This document shows, in pieces, positions 28,723-39,883 of a stretch of DNA of 64,000 bases. The stretch covers positions 2,259 to 66,258 of the forward strand of contig RGZB01000003.1 of the NCBI GenBank assembly GCA_010031735.1, written 5' to 3'. Position numbers and translations under genes: made by a program. Every line of letters begins with the position of its first letter. The stretch's first letter is position 1. The notes below the pieces were generated by a model that saw only the letters and a program-made list of their open reading frames with translations, searched no databases and was not told where the DNA came from. This DNA comes from Pseudomonadota bacterium. GTDB lineage: Bacteria > Pseudomonadota > Alphaproteobacteria > Rickettsiales > RGZB01.

Positions 28723-30038
28723 TAGCCGCCCACCACGATGCAGGCTTGTCCCTGATCGGCCAGATTCTTACAGACCGCACGGGCGTGCGAGGCGTTTTTC
28801 ACTGGACCTGCCTGCAGGCGGTAGAAAATACCTTTTGCACCCAGATTCGCTTTCACCGCCGAATAATTCATACCGGAAAGATCACTACCAAAGCGCTTCG
28901 CGATACGCTTCCACTCTGCATCGACTTCCTTCACCGAACGGAAAGAACCGAGCTGGACACGTACACCGCTGATAGAGGCACTGGCCTTTTCAGACACCGT
29001 CGCTTTCACTGCTGCCGCTTTCTTATCCGCCTTAGAGCTTGGCAATACCGATTCTTTTTCTTTGATTACCACTTCTTTTTTAGAAGCACCCTTCTGCATG
29101 GATTTCGGCGTCGCTTTGGCTGCTTGCTCTACTTTCTTGCTGTCTTTATGCGGCTCTAGCGCCAATTTCTTTGCTTCCGGCTTCTTTTTCTCTTCAGCCT
29201 TTTTCGGGACGACTACCGCAGCAGGTTTCTTTTCTTCCGTCGGCGTTTCCACTTTCTGTGCTTCTGCCTGACTGTCGTGCATCATGGAATCCACGTTCTC
29301 GTCAAACGCACCCGCTTCTTTGGCTGATGGTTCTTTTGCTACGATGTCTTTCTTGTCGCCCTTGATCTGGATTTCTTGCGGCTTGTCGAGCGCAACTTTA
29401 TCCGAACCTTTCGACTCGCCTGGTTCCTTAGCAGCCGTGTTCGCAGGTACTACTACTGGCGTGTTCGGCTCTCCCGGCGGTGCGATATCCATTTCATCCG
29501 GGAGTAGTGTACCTTGACTCGCAGCCGGCGATTTCGCTGTTTTATCGCCGGTCACCGCCATGGGCGATTCTACCGGCGTATTTGCATTCTCCCCTGCGTC
29601 GGTCGCACCTTCTTTCGGCATCGCTTTCCCGCCTGCAGGGTATTCGGATTTCAACTCGACTTTCGCCACCGGCTCTTCCGGAAGCGGCTCGACTACGGCA
29701 GTACCTTCCGGTTTCTTGCCTTCCGGATTCTCGCCGATCATGTTGAAGACTTCCTTGTCCGTGTTCGGAATCTCCATTCCACCCGGGTTCTGCGGCTTGA
29801 TTTTGTAAGGGCCGGTTTCTGCCTTGAATACGGGGATTTCGTTCGGGTCACGCGGGGTTTTGCTGGATTGATATGCCAGGAAACCGAGCACGCCAAGACC
29901 CACCACGGCAGCAGACATGATCGCAAGCGGGATAAAATCTTTGAGCAGGCTTTTCTTCTCCGTAAGGGCAGGATTCTGCGCTACGTGAGGTATTTCAATT
30001 TTCTGGATCCGAAGTTCCGGAAATTGTTCATCAGCCAT
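28722..30038 (-). CDS. SPOR domain protein with N-terminal TM anchor and long Lys/Pro/Ala/Glu-rich linker
   Basis: 438 aa. The TM segment is LAIMSAAVVGLGVLGFLAY and the C-terminal SPOR fold is VRVQLGSFRSVKEVDAEWKRI...YRLQAGP. It sits in conserved alphaproteobacterial argS-SPOR-nagZ synteny. Confidence 0.85.
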   Translation of the reverse strand: MADEQFPELRIQKIEIPHVAQNPALTEKKSLLKDFIPLAIMSAAVVGLGVLGFLAYQSSKTPRDPNEIPVFKAETGPYKIKPQNPGGMEIPNTDKEVFNMIGENPEGKKPEGTAVVEPLPEEPVAKVELKSEYPAGGKAMPKEGATDAGENANTPVESPMAVTGDKTAKSPAASQGTLLPDEMDIAPPGEPNTPVVVPANTAAKEPGESKGSDKVALDKPQEIQIKGDKKDIVAKEPSAKEAGAFDENVDSMMHDSQAEAQKVETPTEEKKPAAVVVPKKAEEKKKPEAKKLALEPHKDSKKVEQAAKATPKSMQKGASKKEVVIKEKESVLPSSKADKKAAAVKATVSEKASASISGVRVQLGSFRSVKEVDAEWKRIAKRFGSDLSGMNYSAVKANLGAKGIFYRLQAGPVKNASHARAVCKNLADQGQACIVVGG

Positions 30039-31787
30039 TTACATCTCCATCACGGGCTCAACGCCAATCACTTGCAGGCCCGCACGAATAGTTATAGCGG
30101 CCCCTTTAAGGAGCGCAAGCCTCGCCTGCGAAAGTGCCGTGTTGCCCTCGATGATAAAACGTAAGGTTGGGTCTTCTTTGCCACGGTTCCAAAGTGCATG
30201 GAAAGCGCCCGCCAGTTCCTGCAGGTAATACGGGATACGGTGCGGCTCCATATACTGCGCGGCCGATTCCACCGTACGCGGGAACTGCGCCATCACCTTA
30301 ATGAGAGCGAGCTCTTCTGGTGCCGTCAGTTTCGCAATCACATCCGCACTCACATTATCGGCCGAGAGCGAAGTTGCGGCTGCATTCCTGATCACGGACT
30401 GGATACGCGCATGCGCATATTGTACGTAGAACACCGGGTTATCCTTGGATTGTTCTTTTACTTTCTCGAGATCGAAATCGAGCAGCGCATCCGCCTTGCG
30501 CGTCAACATGATGAACCGGAGCACGTTCTTGCCGACTGCTTCCAATACATCACGCGCGGTAAGGAACGTACCGGCACGTTTCGACATTTTGAGCGGCACG
30601 CCATTTTCGAAGAACTGCACGTTCGCATGGAACACCATATCGAACTGCACCTTCTTATCGGAAAGTGCTGCCACTGCCGATTTCAAACGCTTCTCATACC
30701 CCACATGGTCTTGCCCCACCTCTAAGATAAGGCGATCGTATCCCCGCTGGATCTTGTCGTAGTGATAGGCGATATCCGGCATGATGTAGGTCCACTCACC
30801 ACTACGCTTTTTGAGCGGACGGTCAGAATCATCGCCGAATGCGGTGGATTTGAAGAGCGTGAGTTCCGCCGGTTCATAATCATCCGGCGCCTTACCGCTT
30901 TTCGGCGGCGGCAGGATACCTTGATACACCAGCCCCTTTTGCGAGAGTGCTGCGAAAGCTTCCTCGATCTTGCCCGCATCTTTCACCGCTTGCTCGGATG
31001 AGAAGATATTGTGCTCGATACCCATATCGAGAAGATCATTTTTGATAAGCGTCATCATGCTGTCCAAGGCGAATTCACGTACCAGCGGGAACCATTTGTG
31101 CTCTGGAACCGTGAGCAGTTCCTCATTGTATTTATGTTTCAGCCCCTCGCCCACCGGCTTCAGATATTCACCGGGATAGAAGCCTTCCGGGATGGTGATG
31201 TGCTCGCCGCACGCTTCGCGGTAACGCAGATAACTCGAGCGCACGAGTTTTTCCACCTGTGCACCGGCATCGTTTGTATAGTATTCTTTGGTGACATCAT
31301 AACCTGTTTTGATGAAGAGTTCTGCGATCGCATCGCCCACCACCGCACCGCGTGCATGCCCGATATGCATCGGACCCGTTGGGTTCGCAGAGACATATTC
31401 CACGTTGATTTTCTGACCTGCACCCATCTCGGAATTACCGAAGGAGTTGCCGAGTGAAAGGATTTCTTTCAGCACGCTCTGCCAGACATTGGTTTTAAGA
31501 CGCAGGTTGATGAAGCCAGGTCCAGCGATCTCTGCTTTCTCCACCTCAGGCAATTCACTTAATTTCTTTACAAGCGCTTCGGCTACTTCACGTGGGTTTT
31601 TCTTCGCAGGTTTTGCGACCACCATCGCAGCATTCGTCGCCACTTCGCCGTGCGAGAGATCACGCGGCGGCTCCGCGTTCACTGCATCGAAGGAAAGACC
31701 TTCTGGCAGCACGCCTTCTTTTTGCAATTCGGTCAGTGCCTTCAGCACTTTCTGGCGCATCAGCGCATAAATATTCTGTGTACTCAT
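30039..31787 (-). CDS. argS: Arginyl-tRNA synthetase
   Basis: 582 aa with class I HIGH motif in ANPTGPMHIGHARG, an MSKR-type motif (KMSKRAG) and a DALR anticodon-binding C-terminus. Confidence 0.93.
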   Translation of the reverse strand: MSTQNIYALMRQKVLKALTELQKEGVLPEGLSFDAVNAEPPRDLSHGEVATNAAMVVAKPAKKNPREVAEALVKKLSELPEVEKAEIAGPGFINLRLKTNVWQSVLKEILSLGNSFGNSEMGAGQKINVEYVSANPTGPMHIGHARGAVVGDAIAELFIKTGYDVTKEYYTNDAGAQVEKLVRSSYLRYREACGEHITIPEGFYPGEYLKPVGEGLKHKYNEELLTVPEHKWFPLVREFALDSMMTLIKNDLLDMGIEHNIFSSEQAVKDAGKIEEAFAALSQKGLVYQGILPPPKSGKAPDDYEPAELTLFKSTAFGDDSDRPLKKRSGEWTYIMPDIAYHYDKIQRGYDRLILEVGQDHVGYEKRLKSAVAALSDKKVQFDMVFHANVQFFENGVPLKMSKRAGTFLTARDVLEAVGKNVLRFIMLTRKADALLDFDLEKVKEQSKDNPVFYVQYAHARIQSVIRNAAATSLSADNVSADVIAKLTAPEELALIKVMAQFPRTVESAAQYMEPHRIPYYLQELAGAFHALWNRGKEDPTLRFIIEGNTALSQARLALLKGAAITIRAGLQVIGVEPVMEM

Positions 31788-31790
31788 GAT

Positions 31791-33074
31791 TTATTCGGGT
31801 CCAATAATTTTATAACCGGGATCAAAGATCCGTCGGTATTCTTCAAATGCAAAACGGTCGGTCATGCCGGCGATGAAATCAGCGACGACTTCCGCCGTTT
31901 GTTTACTACCGGGCTTTCCGGCAACCGCTTGCCAACGGGTTGGTAAACATTGTGGTTCTGCCAGGAAGAAGGCAAATAAGTCTTTCACCAGCCTGCCTGC
32001 TTTGCTCGTCATGCGGTTGACCTTATAATGCCTGTACATGCGTTTCATCAAGAACGCTTTTATGATGCGGTTATGTTCCTGCATGGATTTCGAGAAGGTG
32101 GCGAGCGGCACATCGAGTGAGCGCACATCATCTGCCGATGTCACCCCGTGTTTTTCGACCGCTTTCAGCGTGTTCTCGACTAAATCCCCGGACATGCGCG
32201 AGGTCATGCGACGTTTGAGCTCATGGATCAGGCGCATCTCTTCAAGCTTGGGATATTTCTTCTTTATTTCTGCGAGCACCTCACCCACGAGCGGCAGGTC
32301 GCGGATGTCGTTCAGTTTGAACAGGCGTGCCCGGAGACCGTCCTCGATATCATGGTTGTGGTAGGCGATATCGTCGCACAGTGCCGTCACCTGTGCCTCA
32401 AGCCCAGCGAACGTATGCAGTTCAAGATTATGCTTCGCGTTATATTCTTTCAGAACACGATATGTCGGCTTATCGGTCTTACGCTTGGTGATGGGACCGT
32501 TATGCTTTGCTACACCTTCGAGCGTTTCCCAGGTCAGGTTGAGCCCATCGAATTCCGCGTAAATCGTCTCTAGCGCCGTCAGGATACGGATAGATTGCGC
32601 ATTATGGTCGAATCCACCGAAAGGCTTCATCACCTCTTGCAGGGCATCTTCACCCGCATGACCGAACGGCGGGTGGCCGAGATCGTGTGCCAGGGCGAAA
32701 GATTCCGCCAGATCGTCGTTGATCGCAAGCTCCCGCGCTGCCGACCGTGCGAGCTGTGCCACCTCAAGACTATGGGTAAGCCGGGTGCGGTAATGGTCAC
32801 CCTCATGGTTCACAAACACTTGAGTTTTATACTCTAATCGACGGAATGCCGCGCAGTGGATGATACGGTCGCGGTCGCGCTGGTAAGGCGTGCGGCCGCG
32901 GCTTTCTGGCTCTTTATAGAGCCTGCCGCGCGACTGGTTACCATGACTGGCATAGGGGGCTAGAAAACGCCCCTCCAGTGCACTATATATCCCTTCAGGA
33001 ATAGGGTTTTTCGACGTGATTTTTGCCATGACAGCCATGTGTTTCTTGTCTAAAATACTAGGAATACCCACCAT
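31791..33074 (-). CDS. dgt: dGTP triphosphohydrolase-like HD-domain protein
   Basis: 427 aa with PYQRDRDRIIHCAAFRRLEYKTQVF and HD motifs THSLEV and AHDLGHPPFGH. The true start may be an internal Met (MAVMAK). Confidence 0.88.
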   Translation of the reverse strand: MVGIPSILDKKHMAVMAKITSKNPIPEGIYSALEGRFLAPYASHGNQSRGRLYKEPESRGRTPYQRDRDRIIHCAAFRRLEYKTQVFVNHEGDHYRTRLTHSLEVAQLARSAARELAINDDLAESFALAHDLGHPPFGHAGEDALQEVMKPFGGFDHNAQSIRILTALETIYAEFDGLNLTWETLEGVAKHNGPITKRKTDKPTYRVLKEYNAKHNLELHTFAGLEAQVTALCDDIAYHNHDIEDGLRARLFKLNDIRDLPLVGEVLAEIKKKYPKLEEMRLIHELKRRMTSRMSGDLVENTLKAVEKHGVTSADDVRSLDVPLATFSKSMQEHNRIIKAFLMKRMYRHYKVNRMTSKAGRLVKDLFAFFLAEPQCLPTRWQAVAGKPGSKQTAEVVADFIAGMTDRFAFEEYRRIFDPGYKIIGPE

Positions 33075-33104
33075 TTGATGCGTGTAAACCGATGGAGATA
33101 CTAG

Positions 33105-33491
33105 GTGAGCAACCTTTCGCAGTCAACAACCGATAACACCTCCGGCACGCCGATTTCCGGCGGCACCAGCTTGCCTGTGCTGACATCAAACGCGGCGAAA
33201 CGTATCAAGGAACTCGGAGCGACTGAAAAAGCCGGTGCGACGTTCCGTGTCTCGGTGGATGGTGGCGGCTGCTCCGGCTTCAAATACCGCTTTGATTTCG
33301 ACGTCAAGCAGAACGCTGACGACACCGTGATTGAGACGGATGGCGTAAAAGCCCTGATCGACGCGGTTTCATTGGGCTTCCTCGGCAACTCACATATCGA
33401 TTATGTTGAAACGCTCGGTGAATCCTATTTCTCGGTCAAGAACCCGAATGCAAAAGCCAGCTGCGGTTGCGGCAATAGTTTCGCAGTATAG
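33105..33491 (+). CDS. erpA: Iron-sulfur cluster insertion protein, HesB/IscA/ErpA family
   Basis: 128 aa from a GTG start after GGAG. Motifs are GGGCSGFKY and C-terminal CGCGNSF. Confidence 0.85.
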   Translation: MSNLSQSTTDNTSGTPISGGTSLPVLTSNAAKRIKELGATEKAGATFRVSVDGGGCSGFKYRFDFDVKQNADDTVIETDGVKALIDAVSLGFLGNSHIDYVETLGESYFSVKNPNAKASCGCGNSFAV

Positions 33492-33496
33492 ATTTC

Positions 33497-34276
33497 ATGA
33501 AGATTGCTACCTGGAACGTCAATTCGATCAAGGCGCGTTTGCCCAATGCCCTGGATTGGCTGCGTGAAGCCAAACCCGATATCGTACTTCTGCAGGAACT
33601 GAAATGCGTGAACGAAGCATTTCCGGCGATGGAGATCGAGGAACTCGGCTATAATCTCGCTTTGAACGGCCAAAAAACGTATAACGGCGTGGCCATCCTT
33701 TCTAAATACCCGCTCGAGGACATCGTCACCACCCTCCCTGGCGAGCCGGAAGATACCCAAGCCCGCTATATCGAAGCGGTCGTGAGTGTCGGCAAAGAGG
33801 CGATCCGTGTAGTGAGCGTGTATGTGCCAAACGGCCAAGACCCGACGAGCGATAAATTCCCTTATAAACTGCGCTTTATGGAACGTCTTGCCAACCATAT
33901 GGAAACGCTACTCACCTACGATGAGAAGCTGGTCGTCGGCGGTGACTATAACGTGGGCCATCAGGATATAGATGTATTCGATGCCGAGATACTCCGCGGC
34001 ACCACCTGCTTCCACCCGGAAGAGCAAAAGCGCTTCCGCACCATGCTCAATCTCGGATTCACGGATATCTGGCGCAGCCTGAACCCGACCGCCAAACGGT
34101 TCAGTTGGTGGGATTACCGTGGCGGCGGCTATAGCAAGAACGAAGGTTTACGTATCGATTACCTACTGCTGTCCCCGCGTGCCGTGGATGCTGTCCGTGC
34201 TTCTGGGATGGATGAGGATACCCGCGCCAAGGAAAAAGCCTCGGACCATATCCCTGTCTGGTGTGAATTAAGCTAG
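33497..34276 (+). CDS. xthA: Exodeoxyribonuclease III
   Basis: 259 aa with MKIATWNVNSIKARL, LLQELK and C-terminal SDHIPV. Confidence 0.92.
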   Translation: MKIATWNVNSIKARLPNALDWLREAKPDIVLLQELKCVNEAFPAMEIEELGYNLALNGQKTYNGVAILSKYPLEDIVTTLPGEPEDTQARYIEAVVSVGKEAIRVVSVYVPNGQDPTSDKFPYKLRFMERLANHMETLLTYDEKLVVGGDYNVGHQDIDVFDAEILRGTTCFHPEEQKRFRTMLNLGFTDIWRSLNPTAKRFSWWDYRGGGYSKNEGLRIDYLLLSPRAVDAVRASGMDEDTRAKEKASDHIPVWCELS

Positions 34277-34310
34277 ACAGTTTAAGCCATTCACGTTAAA
34301 AACTCCCTCC

Positions 34311-34598
34311 ATGAAACTCGACGAAAAGACCATACGCAAAATCGCCAAGCTCGCTCGTATCCGCGTAACGGATAGCGAAGTGGCTAGCTATGCGACCGAG
34401 CTCTCGAACATCCTGTCGCTCGCAGAAGAGCTGAAGCAGGTGAACACCGATAACGTGCCGCCGATGGCAGGTGTCGGGAATAACACGCTTCGCGCACGCG
34501 CAGACAAAATCACGGATGGTGGCATCCGCGAAGATGTACTCGCCAATGCACCGAAAGCGGAATTCGACTGTTTTGCCGTACCGAAAGTGATCGAATAA
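34311..34598 (+). CDS. gatC: Asp/Glu-tRNA amidotransferase subunit C
   Basis: 95 aa containing [13 protein letters not shown]. It lies immediately upstream of gatA and shares 1 nt with it. Confidence 0.9.
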   Translation: MKLDEKTIRKIAKLARIRVTDSEVASYATELSNILSLAEELKQVNTDNVPPMAGVGNNTLRARADKITDGGIREDVLANAPKAEFDCFAVPKVIE

Positions 34599-36079
34599 TG
34601 GCAAAACTGACCGCTCTCACCATCGCAGAAATGAAAGACGGACTCGCGAAGAAGTCCTTCTCTGCGGTTGATCTTGCTAAAGCGCACCTGGAAACGGCAG
34701 AAAAGCACAAAAATCTGAATGCATTCACGGTGCTTACACCCGAAATCGCACTTGAACAGGCGAAAGCTTCCGATGCCAAAATCGCATCCGGCAAGGCTGG
34801 CAAACTCGAAGGTATTCCGCTTGGCGTGAAAGACCTGTTCTGCACCAAAGGCGTGCTTTCCACTGCCTGCTCCCATATTCTGCAAGGCTTCAAGCCCCGT
34901 TATGAATCCACCGTCACCACCAAGATGTTCGCAGAAGGCGGCATCATGATCGGTAAGACGAACATGGACGAATTCGCCATGGGCTCTGCCAATATCACCA
35001 GCTACAACGGCAACGTCATCAACCCCTGGAAACGTAAAAGCGACACCAAAGACCTCGTCCCCGGCGGCTCTTCCGGCGGCTCTTCGGCTGCCGTCTCCGC
35101 ACGTTTAGTCGCGGGCGCGCTTGGGTCTGATACGGGTGGCTCCATCCGCCAGCCGGCTTCTTTCACCGGTATCGTCGGCATCAAACCGACGTATGGTCGT
35201 TGCTCACGCTACGGTATGATCGCCTTCGCAAGCTCGCTTGATCAAGCGGGGGTATTCGCACGCACCGTTGCGGACTCCGCGCTCTACTTGGAGGCCATTT
35301 CTGGCTACGATGAAAAAGATTCCACTTCTGTGAACCAACCGGTACCGGAGTGGGCGAAGAACATCAACCCTTCCATGAAGGGCAAGAAAATCGGCATCCC
35401 AAAAGAGTATAACGTCGAGGGTGTACCCGCTGAAATCAAGAACTGGTGGGAAAAAACCGCCTCTTGGCTCAAAGAGGCCGGTGCAGAGATCGTCGATATC
35501 TCGCTGCCGCACACAAAATACGCACTCGCGACTTACTATATCATCGCGCCCGCGGAAGCCTCTTCTAACCTCGCCCGTTATGATGGCGTACGTTACGGCC
35601 TCCGCCCAGAAGGGGAGTTCACCTCGCTCGACGATATGTATGAACGCACCCGCGCCGAAGGCTTCGGCCGCGAAGTGAAGCGCCGTATCATGATCGGCAC
35701 CTATGTGCTCTCTGCGGGCTATTATGATGCATACTACAAAAAAGCGCAGAAAGTCCGTACCCTCCTCGCACGTGATTTCGACGATGCGTTCAAGAAAGTC
35801 GATGCCATCATCACCCCGACCGCTCCTTCCGCCGCATTCGCGGTAGGCGAGAATGCGAACGATCCTGTTGCGATGTACTTGAATGACATCTTCACCATTC
35901 CGGCCAGCATGGCGGGACTCCCTGGCATGTCGCTGCCGGTGGGTTTATCTGCGGATGGCTTGCCGCTCGGCATCCAGATCCTGGGCAAGCCGTTCGATGA
36001 GCAGACGATCTTCAACGTCGGCGCTGCGATCGAGAAAGCGGCGAACTTCACCGCAAAACCTGCCTTGGTGGAGGTATAA
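34598..36079 (+). CDS. gatA: Asp/Glu-tRNA amidotransferase subunit A
   Basis: 493 aa with amidase signature [11 protein letters not shown]. Confidence 0.93.
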   Translation: MAKLTALTIAEMKDGLAKKSFSAVDLAKAHLETAEKHKNLNAFTVLTPEIALEQAKASDAKIASGKAGKLEGIPLGVKDLFCTKGVLSTACSHILQGFKPRYESTVTTKMFAEGGIMIGKTNMDEFAMGSANITSYNGNVINPWKRKSDTKDLVPGGSSGGSSAAVSARLVAGALGSDTGGSIRQPASFTGIVGIKPTYGRCSRYGMIAFASSLDQAGVFARTVADSALYLEAISGYDEKDSTSVNQPVPEWAKNINPSMKGKKIGIPKEYNVEGVPAEIKNWWEKTASWLKEAGAEIVDISLPHTKYALATYYIIAPAEASSNLARYDGVRYGLRPEGEFTSLDDMYERTRAEGFGREVKRRIMIGTYVLSAGYYDAYYKKAQKVRTLLARDFDDAFKKVDAIITPTAPSAAFAVGENANDPVAMYLNDIFTIPASMAGLPGMSLPVGLSADGLPLGIQILGKPFDEQTIFNVGAAIEKAANFTAKPALVEV

Positions 36080-37536
36080 TGACAAAAGCCGGTATCGTAA
36101 AAGGAAACACGGGTGATTGGGAAATGGTGATCGGGCTTGAAGTCCACGCCCAAGTGAAATCCCATTCCAAACTCTTCTCGGGTGCCGCCACCGAATTCGG
36201 TGCTGAACCGAACGCACAAGTATCACTCGTCGATGCCGCCATGCCAGGCATGCTGCCGGTGATTAATGAACGCTGCATCGAGCAAGCGGTGCGCACCGGC
36301 CTTGGCCTTAATGCAGAGATCAACCTGCGTTCGGTATTCGACCGTAAGAACTATTTCTACGCCGATCTGCCGCAAGGCTACCAAATCTCCCAATTCCTGG
36401 AGCCGATTGTCGGCAAGGGCAAGATTTTCCTGGATATGCCGGATGGCACCACGCGTGAAATCGGCGTGACCCGCCTGCACCTGGAGCAGGACGCGGGCAA
36501 ATCCATGCACGACCAAAGCCCGCACTATAGCTATATCGATCTGAACCGTTCCGGCATCGCGCTGATGGAAATCGTGTCCGAACCCGACCTCCGCACCCCG
36601 GAAGAAGCGGGTGAATACATGAAAAAACTGCGCTCTATCGTGCGTTACCTTGATACATGCGATGGCGATATGGAAAAAGGCTCTATGCGCTGCGATGCAA
36701 ACGTTTCGGTGCGTAAACCGGGTGCAGAATATGGCACGCGCTGCGAGATTAAGAACATCAACTCCATCCGCAATATCATACGTGCGATCCAATATGAAGC
36801 GGAACGCCAAGTGGAAGTGCTGGAGAGCGGTGGCAAGATCGACCAGGAAACCCGCCTGTTCGATGCGAACACCGGCACCACGCGCACCATGCGCTCGAAG
36901 GAAGATGCACACGATTACCGCTATTTCCCGGATCCGGATCTTTATCCGCTGGTGCTCGAGAAATCTTTCGTGGAAAGCATCAGAAATTCACTTCCGGAAC
37001 TGCCTGACCAGAAAAAGAAGCGCTACATCGAGGAACTCAAACTCTCCAGCTACGATGCAAGTGTGATCGTCTCCGACCGCGCCGCTTCCGAATACTATGA
37101 AGCACTCATCACACGCCACGATGCGAAATTAGCAGCGAACTGGATGACGGCAGAACTCTTCGGCAGGCTCAACAAGCTCGATAAAACCATCGAGGAATCC
37201 CCAATTTCTGCTGAAAGACTCGCAGGCTTACTCGACCTCATCAAAGACAACACCATCTCCGGTAAGATCGCAAAAGACGTGCTCGATATCATGTTCGAAT
37301 CGGGCAAAGACGCGGCTGCGATCGTCGAAGAGAAAGGCCTGAAGCAAGTGACCGACACCGGCGCCATCGAAAAGATCGTCGATGAGGTGCTTGCAGCAAA
37401 TCCGGAGAATATCGCAGCGTATAAGTCTGGTAAGGACAAGATGTTCGGCTTCTTTGTCGGTCAGGTGATGAAGCTCTCTGGCGGCAAAGCAAATCCGGGG
37501 GTCGTAAACGACCTGCTGAAGAAGAAATTATCCTAG
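36079..37536 (+). CDS. gatB: Asp/Glu-tRNA amidotransferase subunit B
   Basis: 485 aa with [13 protein letters not shown] and a C-terminal GatB_Yqey tail. Confidence 0.93.
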   Translation: MTKAGIVKGNTGDWEMVIGLEVHAQVKSHSKLFSGAATEFGAEPNAQVSLVDAAMPGMLPVINERCIEQAVRTGLGLNAEINLRSVFDRKNYFYADLPQGYQISQFLEPIVGKGKIFLDMPDGTTREIGVTRLHLEQDAGKSMHDQSPHYSYIDLNRSGIALMEIVSEPDLRTPEEAGEYMKKLRSIVRYLDTCDGDMEKGSMRCDANVSVRKPGAEYGTRCEIKNINSIRNIIRAIQYEAERQVEVLESGGKIDQETRLFDANTGTTRTMRSKEDAHDYRYFPDPDLYPLVLEKSFVESIRNSLPELPDQKKKRYIEELKLSSYDASVIVSDRAASEYYEALITRHDAKLAANWMTAELFGRLNKLDKTIEESPISAERLAGLLDLIKDNTISGKIAKDVLDIMFESGKDAAAIVEEKGLKQVTDTGAIEKIVDEVLAANPENIAAYKSGKDKMFGFFVGQVMKLSGGKANPGVVNDLLKKKLS

Positions 37537-38345
37537 ACTAATTTATAAATGCCCGGGAAACCTGCTACCGTCGTAACCTCGTTGAAACCCTGCACAGCTT
37601 CCGTGGAACCTACCACCAAGTTACCACCAGGCTTTTTCAAGGCAGAGATGAGTTTCTGCAGGACTTTTTGTTTGGTTTCCGTATCAAAATAAATCAGTAC
37701 GTTTCGGCATAAAACCACATCGAAGTGACCGATCGGTGTATAGGTCAGTAGGTTTGCTGCCTGGAAATTAATGAAGGACTTGAGCTCTGGTTTCACGCGC
37801 CACTGATCGCCTTCTTGCGTAAAGTATTTGAGCAGCAATGCGATCGGAAGGCCACGTTGCACCTCAAATTGTGAGTAAAGGCCGCTGTTTGCTTTCGTCA
37901 CCACATTGCGATCCAGGTCCGTACCGATGATCTCGAACGTGCAGCCCGGATATTCGTGCTTCTTCTCTAAAATATACATACCGAGTGAGTAAGCTTCCTG
38001 ACCCGTCGAACATGCCGCACTCCACAAGCGCACCTTAAAAGGTGCCTTGTTTTGTTTCATGATTTCCGGCATCAAGATATCGTGGAAATAGACAAACGGT
38101 TTGGTATCGCGGAAGAACGAGGTTTCATTGGTCGTCATCGCTTCGATGACATCATTCACCAGATTGGCGTTTGCAGCCGTTTTCAGTGTCTTGGAAAGCG
38201 TATTGATACTATCCAGATTGTGCAGGCGTATCACCGACAGCAACCGGCTTTCAAGCAGGTAGTGTTTATCCTTACCGAGTGCGATACCCGATTTTTCATG
38301 GATGAATTTCACTAGGAAATCAAATTCTGCAGCATCAATCGTCAT
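37533..38345 (-). CDS. cheR: Chemotaxis protein methyltransferase
   Basis: 270 aa with TNETSFFRD and SAM-binding [13 protein letters not shown]. Its stop overlaps the gatB stop on the opposite strand. Confidence 0.9.
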   Translation of the reverse strand: MTIDAAEFDFLVKFIHEKSGIALGKDKHYLLESRLLSVIRLHNLDSINTLSKTLKTAANANLVNDVIEAMTTNETSFFRDTKPFVYFHDILMPEIMKQNKAPFKVRLWSAACSTGQEAYSLGMYILEKKHEYPGCTFEIIGTDLDRNVVTKANSGLYSQFEVQRGLPIALLLKYFTQEGDQWRVKPELKSFINFQAANLLTYTPIGHFDVVLCRNVLIYFDTETKQKVLQKLISALKKPGGNLVVGSTEAVQGFNEVTTVAGFPGIYKLV

Positions 38346-39487
38346 GTGATCTTACCTGCTGAAAGTTTAATCATCGCGGGTGCAATACCGTCGATAGGAT
38401 AGACCGCCGAGCAAAGCCCATGTGTGGCAACTGCCCCTGGCATACCCCAGACGACACTCGTGGCCTGATCTTGGGCGATGACGACCCCGCCTTTCTCCAC
38501 GAGATACTCGGCCCCTTTCATACCATCCTGTCCCATACCGGTAATCACCACCAATAATAAACTCGCACCATAAATATCTACAAGGCTTCTGATCATAGGA
38601 TCTGCGGCAGGACGGCAAAAATTCTCAGGTTGTCCCTGATTGAGTCGTATTTTGATTTGATCACCTTCTTTTGCTGCAAGCATGTGGTAGTTACCGGGCG
38701 CGATATATACATCACCCGCTTTCACCTCTATCCCATCTTTTGCTTCGATCGCATTCAGGCCCGAGATCGTTGCTATCTGTTTTGCAAGCAGGCCTGTAAA
38801 ATCCTCCGGCATATGTTGCGTTACAAAAATCGGTATCGTAATACTCTTGCCCTTGAAAGCGCTGAAAACCGTATTTAATGCCTTCGGGCCACCGGTCGAG
38901 GAGGCGATGGCGATGGCTTTTGGAATAAACAACGTTGGCATTTTCCTAAGCGTAAATTCTACTGGCTTCGATGTCGCTGCATAAGTCGCCGGTGCAGAGC
39001 CAGAGTTTTTGATAGCAGTCTCAGGGCTTTTTACTGCCGTAACATGGGCTGACTTAGGCACGCCTGACTGTTCGGCCTTGTTTAAAACCTTTTTAAGGAA
39101 TTTCTTCGCGAGCTCGGCATTCTTGCGAGGCAGTGATTTCAGTATGATATCCACCTGCCCATGTCCCATACTGCCGATATCCTCTTGTTCAGAATCGACC
39201 ATGGCACTAAAAACGATGGATGCGGTTCCCGCCAGTGCCTGTATATTGCCCAAGGTTTTTTCAGCACTGTCCGACAGAATATCAAGATCGATTAAGATCA
39301 TATCGGGCTTCAGATCGTTCGGAGGCTGGCGTTTTAGCACGTTCATAGCATCTTCAACGCTGCTCAGTGATGCCACCACCTCTGTAGTGCCCGTTTCTTC
39401 GCAGGCACTCGCGATAAGGCCACGTATCGCCGCAGAACCATCGACGACCATAAGCCGGGCTTTTGGATTTATTTCTGAATGGGGCAT
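38342..39487 (-). CDS. cheB: Protein-glutamate methylesterase with atypical receiver domain
   Basis: 381 aa. The catalytic triad context is intact (ASSTGGP, TQHMP, GMGQDG). The N-terminal REC has VVDGS instead of the DD pair and lacks MPxMDG after the putative acceptor (ILIDLDILSD). The linker is long. Confidence 0.85.
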   Translation of the reverse strand: MPHSEINPKARLMVVDGSAAIRGLIASACEETGTTEVVASLSSVEDAMNVLKRQPPNDLKPDMILIDLDILSDSAEKTLGNIQALAGTASIVFSAMVDSEQEDIGSMGHGQVDIILKSLPRKNAELAKKFLKKVLNKAEQSGVPKSAHVTAVKSPETAIKNSGSAPATYAATSKPVEFTLRKMPTLFIPKAIAIASSTGGPKALNTVFSAFKGKSITIPIFVTQHMPEDFTGLLAKQIATISGLNAIEAKDGIEVKAGDVYIAPGNYHMLAAKEGDQIKIRLNQGQPENFCRPAADPMIRSLVDIYGASLLLVVITGMGQDGMKGAEYLVEKGGVVIAQDQATSVVWGMPGAVATHGLCSAVYPIDGIAPAMIKLSAGKIT

Positions 39488-39855
39488 TACAGAAGACCGA
39501 GTTGCTGCAATTTGCCTGAGATGATTTCTTGGTCGAATGGTTTCATCACATATTCATTGGCACCTGCAAGCATGGCAGCCTGAATCTTGGTGATATCGTT
39601 TTCTGTGGTGCAGAATATGACAGGCACGTTAGAGAATTCGGCTTTTGCACGGAATGCTTTCAGGAACTGCATACCGTCCATGACTGGCATATTCCAGTCA
39701 AGCAGCACTACGTCAGGCTTCACGGCCGCACACTTATCCAGTGCATCCTGGCCATGTTCAGCCTCCGTTACGGTGTAGTTGAGCGCTTCCATGATACGAC
39801 GGCAAACGGTCCTTACCACTTTGGAATCATCCACTACCAATACCTGCTTAGACAT
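39487..39855 (-). CDS. cheY: Single-domain response regulator
   Basis: 122 aa with canonical VVDDS, LLDWNMPVMDG and KP motifs. Confidence 0.9.
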   Translation of the reverse strand: MSKQVLVVDDSKVVRTVCRRIMEALNYTVTEAEHGQDALDKCAAVKPDVVLLDWNMPVMDGMQFLKAFRAKAEFSNVPVIFCTTENDITKIQAAMLAGANEYVMKPFDQEIISGKLQQLGLL

Positions 39856-39883
39856 TATGCATCTCCTGTAGACTTATCAGTTA

